Part shown: positions 14,001 through 16,730 of the stretch, one piece after another
Numbering within the stretch: the first letter of the stretch is position 1
Layout of the letters: the number at the start of each line of letters is the position of its first letter
DNA from: a virus
Lineage: Duplodnaviria > Heunggongvirae > Uroviricota > Caudoviricetes
DNA: 16,730 bases
Reading direction: 5' to 3' (one strand)
IMG/VR virus record: IMGVR_UViG_3300033070_001087
Coordinates: 80,177 to 96,906 of that record
Translations under genes and position numbers: made by a program
Notes under the pieces: model-generated
Databases searched by the model: none
Seen by the model: the letters and a program-made list of their open reading frames with translations, nothing else
Told to the model about the DNA's origin: nothing

Positions 14001-16730
14001 TTGTAATTGTAATACTTCATCTGACTTAGCAATATGAGGATTAGACTCAAAGAAATTATCCACATTAAATGGAAAGCTTCCTAATGTTTTATTATTCTCA
14101 TCCCATATTTGACTCTTTAAATCAATTAACTCATTAATTTTATTTGAGAATACAGGTAAATCACGAATGATAGATAAGTATCTAACTATTTTATTAAACT
14201 CATTAACAATTGCTTCAGTTCTCTTATAATTTTCAAGGACTTTAGCTTGTGTAATAAGTACAGACAAATCATTAATATCATTGACACTTATATTAGAATT
14301 AGAAACTATTTCTTTTGAAATAGCTTTTTCTATTTCTTTATTACTTAGAATTATCTGATCATCTTCAATAGTATCCTCTAAGAAATTTATAATAAATTGA
14401 GCTTGACTTTTAGACATATTTTGATTACCTACAAATTGTCTAAGCTTACCTTTTATTAAATTAGTTGCACTTATAACACCTTTAGATGTATTTTTATCTT
14501 TACCTGAAATACCACTTAAATGCTTAATAATAGGTTGAACCATTATATTAGAAGCTTCTTCTAATGGTATACCTAAACCTAACATCATTGCAAATGTAGG
14601 AATAGTTGTTCCATTTAAATTTAACTTTGGTAATACTTGTTCTTTAACATTATCAATTGCAGCATTTAATAAAGAATCTAAGTCTTCCCATAAATGAATT
14701 ACATCTTCTAATTTGTTTAATGGTAGATCATTTGTAAAATATGGAAGTTTATCTGTTTGTTTTAGTATTAAAGAATTCTCTGTATCAGATGATGTATGTA
14801 ATATATAAGCTAAACCTTTTGCAAAGTTAGCAAAGATACCAGTACCATCTCTACCATTCATTGAAGAAGAGTGAACTTTTTGTTTATCAATAGCAGATGA
14901 CTCATCTATTTTTCCTGATGGATCTAAATTAGGATTACCTTTTTCCTTATCAAATAGATTTTTTATAATTTCTTTTACTTTAGTCATACTAATAGGAGAA
15001 ATCATTCTCTCTCTATTATCTTTTGATGATATAGTTTTAATTAGTGTATTAGATACTCTATTCTTATAATAAGATTTAAGTAAAGTTTTCTTTTCATTTT
15101 CAGGTACATCAGATATGGATTGTAAGAATTCTGATTCTTCCATAAATACATATTGACCATTAACATCTTTATAACCAATAGGTTGTGCTCCTTTTGTTTC
15201 TTGAGTAATAACATATAATGCATCTACGTCAAAGTCAGAACCATGCAATGGTACTAATTCTTCTGGTGCAATAATAACATTAGAACCTAAATTATGAAAT
15301 CCAGCAACTCTAATAGGAATACCAGAGTGTAACTCAGATGATGGAATACGAAATCCAAGAAGTTCTGGATCAAAGAATATATGAGATTCAGATTGTTTCA
15401 TCTTCTCTTCTATCTCTGGTTTTAAGAATTTCTTAGGTAAGTAAATCTCAGCATATAGATTACCATTTTCATCTGTTTTATATTTCAATCTATCAAGACC
15501 TTCCATATTAGCACCTACTTGTGACATTAATACTAACTTAGTTCCTTTAAACTTAGTTTGTACAACATCATTTTGTAGTGTAGATGAAAACTGGGTAACA
15601 ATTTTATCTTCGATACCAGGGAAATTCCATGGCTTTAAGTCTTTACCTTTATTTTTTAATTGAACAGGATTATATAACTCAGCTAATATTTCATGATATA
15701 CTTCAGTAGCAGAATTTGCACCTTTCTTAATTAGATAACTAATAAAAGCTTCTGTTTTAAATGTATTATCTGGATTAATATAATTGTCTTTAAACTCATT
15801 AAGTTCCATATCCATTATCTTAGCTAACGAATCATATACTCGTGAAGCTGCTTCTAAATTAGTATTTAGAATTTTTAAGAAATAGAATAGTTGTGTTGGT
15901 TTAGCAACAGTACTATTTAAATCATGTTCTGGATTTAATTGTAACTTATATCTTTCATTAGATAATTCTACAATAGATTCTTCAGGAAATGAATAATCAT
16001 TATCCTCAAATAATTTATTGAATTCTTCATCAGAGAAATTATATTTTCCTTTTTCATTCTTAGTCATTCCAAGTCTAGCTTCTGGAGCACCAACTTTAAA
16101 TGCTGTATAATATACTATCTCTCCTGTATTAGCTTTTCTCATCTTATTTCTAAGATGTCCTAATTGAGGAAAGTCTTTAACTAATTCATCTGTAAGAACT
16201 ACAGCTGAATATTTAACCATTCGAGGTATACCATTCTTATCAATCTCATAGTGAGCTGGTTTTAATACATTACCTACTTGATAAGACTCACCAAATCCTT
16301 TCTGTAATTCAGATGCTCTTTCAGGTAACATATAACCTTGGGCATCAGCAGGATTAAAATCTCCAAACTTATTAACAAAGTTTTTGTAAATTCTATTCTG
16401 TTCTTCAGGAGTCATGCTTTCTTCACTTATAATTCCTGTAGATATTAATAGATTAAATAGATAGTTATTATCTCCTTTTAAACTTCTTTCTGGATCTTCT
16501 ATAACTGCTGTTCTAAAAGTCTTAGCCATACCCACTTGTGAATTGACTAAACCTTTAAGACCAGGAGAATAAGCACCTTGTCTACGTTTTACTCTATCAA
16601 CTGAACCTTTAAAGAATTCAGTTCCACCCATATTCATTTGATCTAAGAAGTATGAATTCAAATAATCATTTCTTAGGTACAATTCGAATAGTGGTAAAAT
16701 TGCTGATTTAAGTTTATCATTAACTTTATA
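8061..16730 (-). CDS. Giant virion-type DNA-dependent RNA polymerase polyprotein (two-barrel RNAP + zincin + PD-(D/E)xK nuclease-like + C-terminal helical region); N-terminus outside the window
   Basis: The frame stays open from the listed TTG at 16682 to the window edge (YKVNDKLKSAILPLFELYLR...), so it has at least 2889 codons. Catalytic loop GSDFDVD (15222-15236) preceded by GFRIP (RIP at 15342-15350); upstream DAQGY, LKP, KYS, FKVG resemble beta-type barrel motifs. Confidence 0.85.
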   Translation of the reverse strand, partial: YKVNDKLKSAILPLFELYLRNDYLNSYFLDQMNMGGTEFFKGSVDRVKRRQGAYSPGLKGLVNSQVGMAKTFRTAVIEDPERSLKGDNNYLFNLLISTGIISEESMTPEEQNRIYKNFVNKFGDFNPADAQGYMLPERASELQKGFGESYQVGNVLKPAHYEIDKNGIPRMVKYSAVVLTDELVKDFPQLGHLRNKMRKANTGEIVYYTAFKVGAPEARLGMTKNEKGKYNFSDEEFNKLFEDNDYSFPEESIVELSNERYKLQLNPEHDLNSTVAKPTQLFYFLKILNTNLEAASRVYDSLAKIMDMELNEFKDNYINPDNTFKTEAFISYLIKKGANSATEVYHEILAELYNPVQLKNKGKDLKPWNFPGIEDKIVTQFSSTLQNDVVQTKFKGTKLVLMSQVGANMEGLDRLKYKTDENGNLYAEIYLPKKFLKPEIEEKMKQSESHIFFDPELLGFRIPSSELHSGIPIRVAGFHNLGSNVIIAPEELVPLHGSDFDVDALYVITQETKGAQPIGYKDVNGQYVFMEESEFLQSISDVPENEKKTLLKSYYKNRVSNTLIKTISSKDNRERMISPISMTKVKEIIKNLFDKEKGNPNLDPSGKIDESSAIDKQKVHSSSMNGRDGTGIFANFAKGLAYILHTSSDTENSLILKQTDKLPYFTNDLPLNKLEDVIHLWEDLDSLLNAAIDNVKEQVLPKLNLNGTTIPTFAMMLGLGIPLEEASNIMVQPIIKHLSGISGKDKNTSKGVISATNLIKGKLRQFVGNQNMSKSQAQFIINFLEDTIEDDQIILSNKEIEKAISKEIVSNSNISVNDINDLSVLITQAKVLENYKRTEAIVNEFNKIVRYLSIIRDLPVFSNKINELIDLKSQIWDENNKTLGSFPFNVDNFFESNPHIAKSDEVLQLQRELLNKNFFKHSDKIQDFFSTLNHLTFDVNKFNDIKYKQDEFIKFIYSSLYFTGSNINITPFNYKIRNFKSNKQLLGQEAFVQHFVNKIRVLKDIMPDNYFIKRFSSLDSGYSSDLKRLAFYLDNKITPLDKAEFEAAFKELAKYDIRDISKDEYNGLKNENLKYKFGDNFYRVVHRDPTAEGQSRTSDLQREFVQYNILTEGMRNSSSSYSQLLPGFIYRDQYYNYENLMKNILNNFSLKELSNIYHVYNSNITTTNADKMLDFNDPYEFKNESNYFYDSGNQRIYYDITTAFNNNSAEFIKIKHPVYKSNFKSQEDFEDNFDSLESNPEDGDERSERKPDYYQTKVYKLVYSNSEKAFYQLVSLIKNNKVYKSNSQIFSNSNEGLYNRFAPDYFHIKYSTLENGKITLANETNSNFLLNKIGSSNIPVKISISDINDPLRLDTKFIQIDKINTETRLVTFTEIPESERPMVPLVNEIVKLEPSKETIKVDKTNTEKASFTTGTQSLADVINQANKFLDPIHYELVKVLKPFITFNNTTVEFGFDFPKKKKTEKTLGMWTKVGNGKSYIIQMSSDLKTNGELSKTFTHELLHHAAYNVLNKEENLLTTQQKEAKKRLESLYRAAVLEGKKDNKNKINTYALTNLDEFVSEAFSNKEFQQWLASKKVNKKSLWTRFKNAIANIFGVSEGNMLYEVINSTLELVSNDSNTSIEEDSDISISMSNVAPLRVPNYQENFIEVRKASDDIGLKLGKDQNGEELDYYESDKQKFDRSTNELKGFQTYFIKGYNYERYKQGPIIYRAKELFKNVPEGETLYIPKFSKNVTEEEYIKEDTILRDQALLRGKMTESLFKYMITRDDTARQEVLSYMDKLPSEIYDKILLLQDNDIIRKIVFNKMKSNLLNNDGSKIDFSIPTFSKSLSKAGTIDMMIRHTDGEYSLFDMKTSQFFSEGDFTNMFAYGLTNEFNITYTERNKAKLQIMFYALMVRLNNPNIKFKKLSILHLPITNSKENFMKLLDRNTLSDDIVEVNSFLPMIKSFLENKKHQLHLGLIKEGDKSLYEQLEEEYKVNGGTSIDDLFNSKNYINSYDPNFGSNLSTVTYGKELLTKKSEEEKILQEILLLDSTERDDLKIMNPTKDEVEIKRFGENVKIKSLEKYRKERLLELIQQWINLTGDKGLVYLSTKDIDFLHLNIGSNKDIDNNPIFATWNKFKFARQNKARFATEEKVLELRSLVDKVLPKSSPINMNSQRKLFGKFIKKEYNQKLGKTIERLVHKDLNDAEYISLSNDEKAFVDYINNTFASYFSKDAYLNTVGSFYINDRGQTEGITHLEAYNKGKDPFEYYPGWFPKTPILPEEYQERIMQEKGTIEGGKKLISNWANRQLTKYFENLFNINEDTAAIPIKYLGNSEIEDKQLYSVKLDKVFEMFIDAIERKIHLDEVYHTGRAITMLLQEDNDTTGPTSYFDPESKQWKQKYENLTKFIKDRIEYEIKDIPITKVNYLNKELIVGDKKIDIDKSMLLLSQGATASVMWLKPISGLGNMLMGNMVKYKEALKYSVGKRLIGELDSKQIDYTYSDALWAEKEYMKLSADSMMGESKLYSNKLFLIAEKFGYLADNYRFGSNSRKFKSDRNPLFSSDNMYIFHTIGEKYLSYTTLAAQLKHYTIKVDGKDVPIYDLYKAVPIEGSKYSKLEWIGPERTIQDGNVTRKVNGISDDEMYRFKAVSARMQGDYRREESIRLEHYALGKITVVLKKFFPRLILNGLQGKQPSRALGWYNEVSKKDENGNDITVLEWNAREIEGKWRTLANAFAAIIRINPHISAAGGFMEYWSRASNEQKLNLIDALVTASFVILAYGGYILLFGDADDDDTWKKAWKTYLIDNASQQYNFIDLLRTGTTVATPVVVKKAYDFATAGTQLILFNGLDEIFNDGENVRTEKGDIRGLNTFLKSVPYTAFGQDFYNKVNNINVDQYGFFDFKDNKLR
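10990..11480 (-). other. RecB/Cas4-like PD-(D/E)xK nuclease-type domain within the RNAP polyprotein (boundaries approximate)
   Basis: AGTIDMM (11223-11234), LFDMKTS (DxK at 11175-11183) and LQIMFYALMV (QxxxY), in canonical order and spacing. Confidence 0.7.
11900..12450 (-). other. Zincin-like metallopeptidase domain within the RNAP polyprotein (boundaries approximate)
   Basis: FTHELLHHAA (HExxH, 12219-12236) followed by NLDEFVSEAFSN (third-ligand Glu region, ~12048-12062). Confidence 0.8.

Larger units (their letters stand above)
1..16730. mobile_element. Segment of a lytic dsDNA phage genome, probably crAss-like (Crassvirales), Bacteroidota host
   Basis: Giant virion-type RNAP polyprotein with a zincin domain (established crAss-like hallmark); phage-type accessory genes (RNA ligase, phosphoesterase, MazG-like, Prs/Nampt pair); overlapping start/stop junctions; A-rich start contexts; no cellular housekeeping operon. 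Taxonomy is inference. Confidence 0.8.

Noticed and set aside
8533-15223. Short ORFs nested in the giant gene (8533-8721, 9884-10069, 10804-11001, 11839-12027, 15041-15223)
   Set aside because: 60-65 aa shadow ORFs inside an 8.6-kb coding frame, with no start context or motif support.
16680-16682. TTG listed as the start of the 2873-aa ORF
   Set aside because: The frame remains open to base 16730, so the true start is outside the window.
8061-16730. Inteins or group I introns in the RNAP gene (frequent in some crAss lineages)
   Set aside because: The frame is uninterrupted and I saw no convincing intein terminal motifs or LAGLIDADG/HNH motifs; a profile search would be needed to be certain.
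1-16730. CRISPR arrays, tandem repeats, tRNA/rRNA genes, recurring phage promoter motif
   Set aside because: Intergenic space is minimal, and no periodic repeat, cloverleaf or convincing repeated upstream motif was seen by eye.

Overview
AT-rich, intact-looking lytic phage DNA, most consistent with a crAss-like phage (Crassvirales or a relative) of a Bacteroidota host. This is inferred from the giant virion-type RNA polymerase gene, A-rich start contexts without Shine-Dalgarno motifs, and tight gene overlaps. Two gene blocks converge on a 13-bp hairpin terminator at ~8009-8042. (1) + strand, 1-8006: an AEP-like fragment, a DRB0094/Rnl2-type RNA ligase overlapping a calcineurin-like metallophosphoesterase, two MazG-like all-alpha NTP-pyrophosphatase-type genes, and a Prs-like + Nampt-like pair matching the architecture of the NARP1 (Adps + Namat) NAD+-reconstitution anti-defence pathway. 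Also present are several hypotheticals, including two paralogous putative winged-helix proteins that bracket the MazG/NAD block and two short ORFs missed by the ORF track. (2) - strand, 8061 to beyond 16730: a single ORF of at least 2889 codons, open at the window edge. It carries two-barrel RNA polymerase motifs (DFDVD), a zincin HExxH domain, a RecB-like PD-(D/E)xK nuclease motif set and a C-terminal hydrophobic helix. The standard genetic code fits. No CRISPR array, rRNA, tRNA, integrase or transposase was recognised. All functional calls come from motif recognition by eye; no database searches were run.
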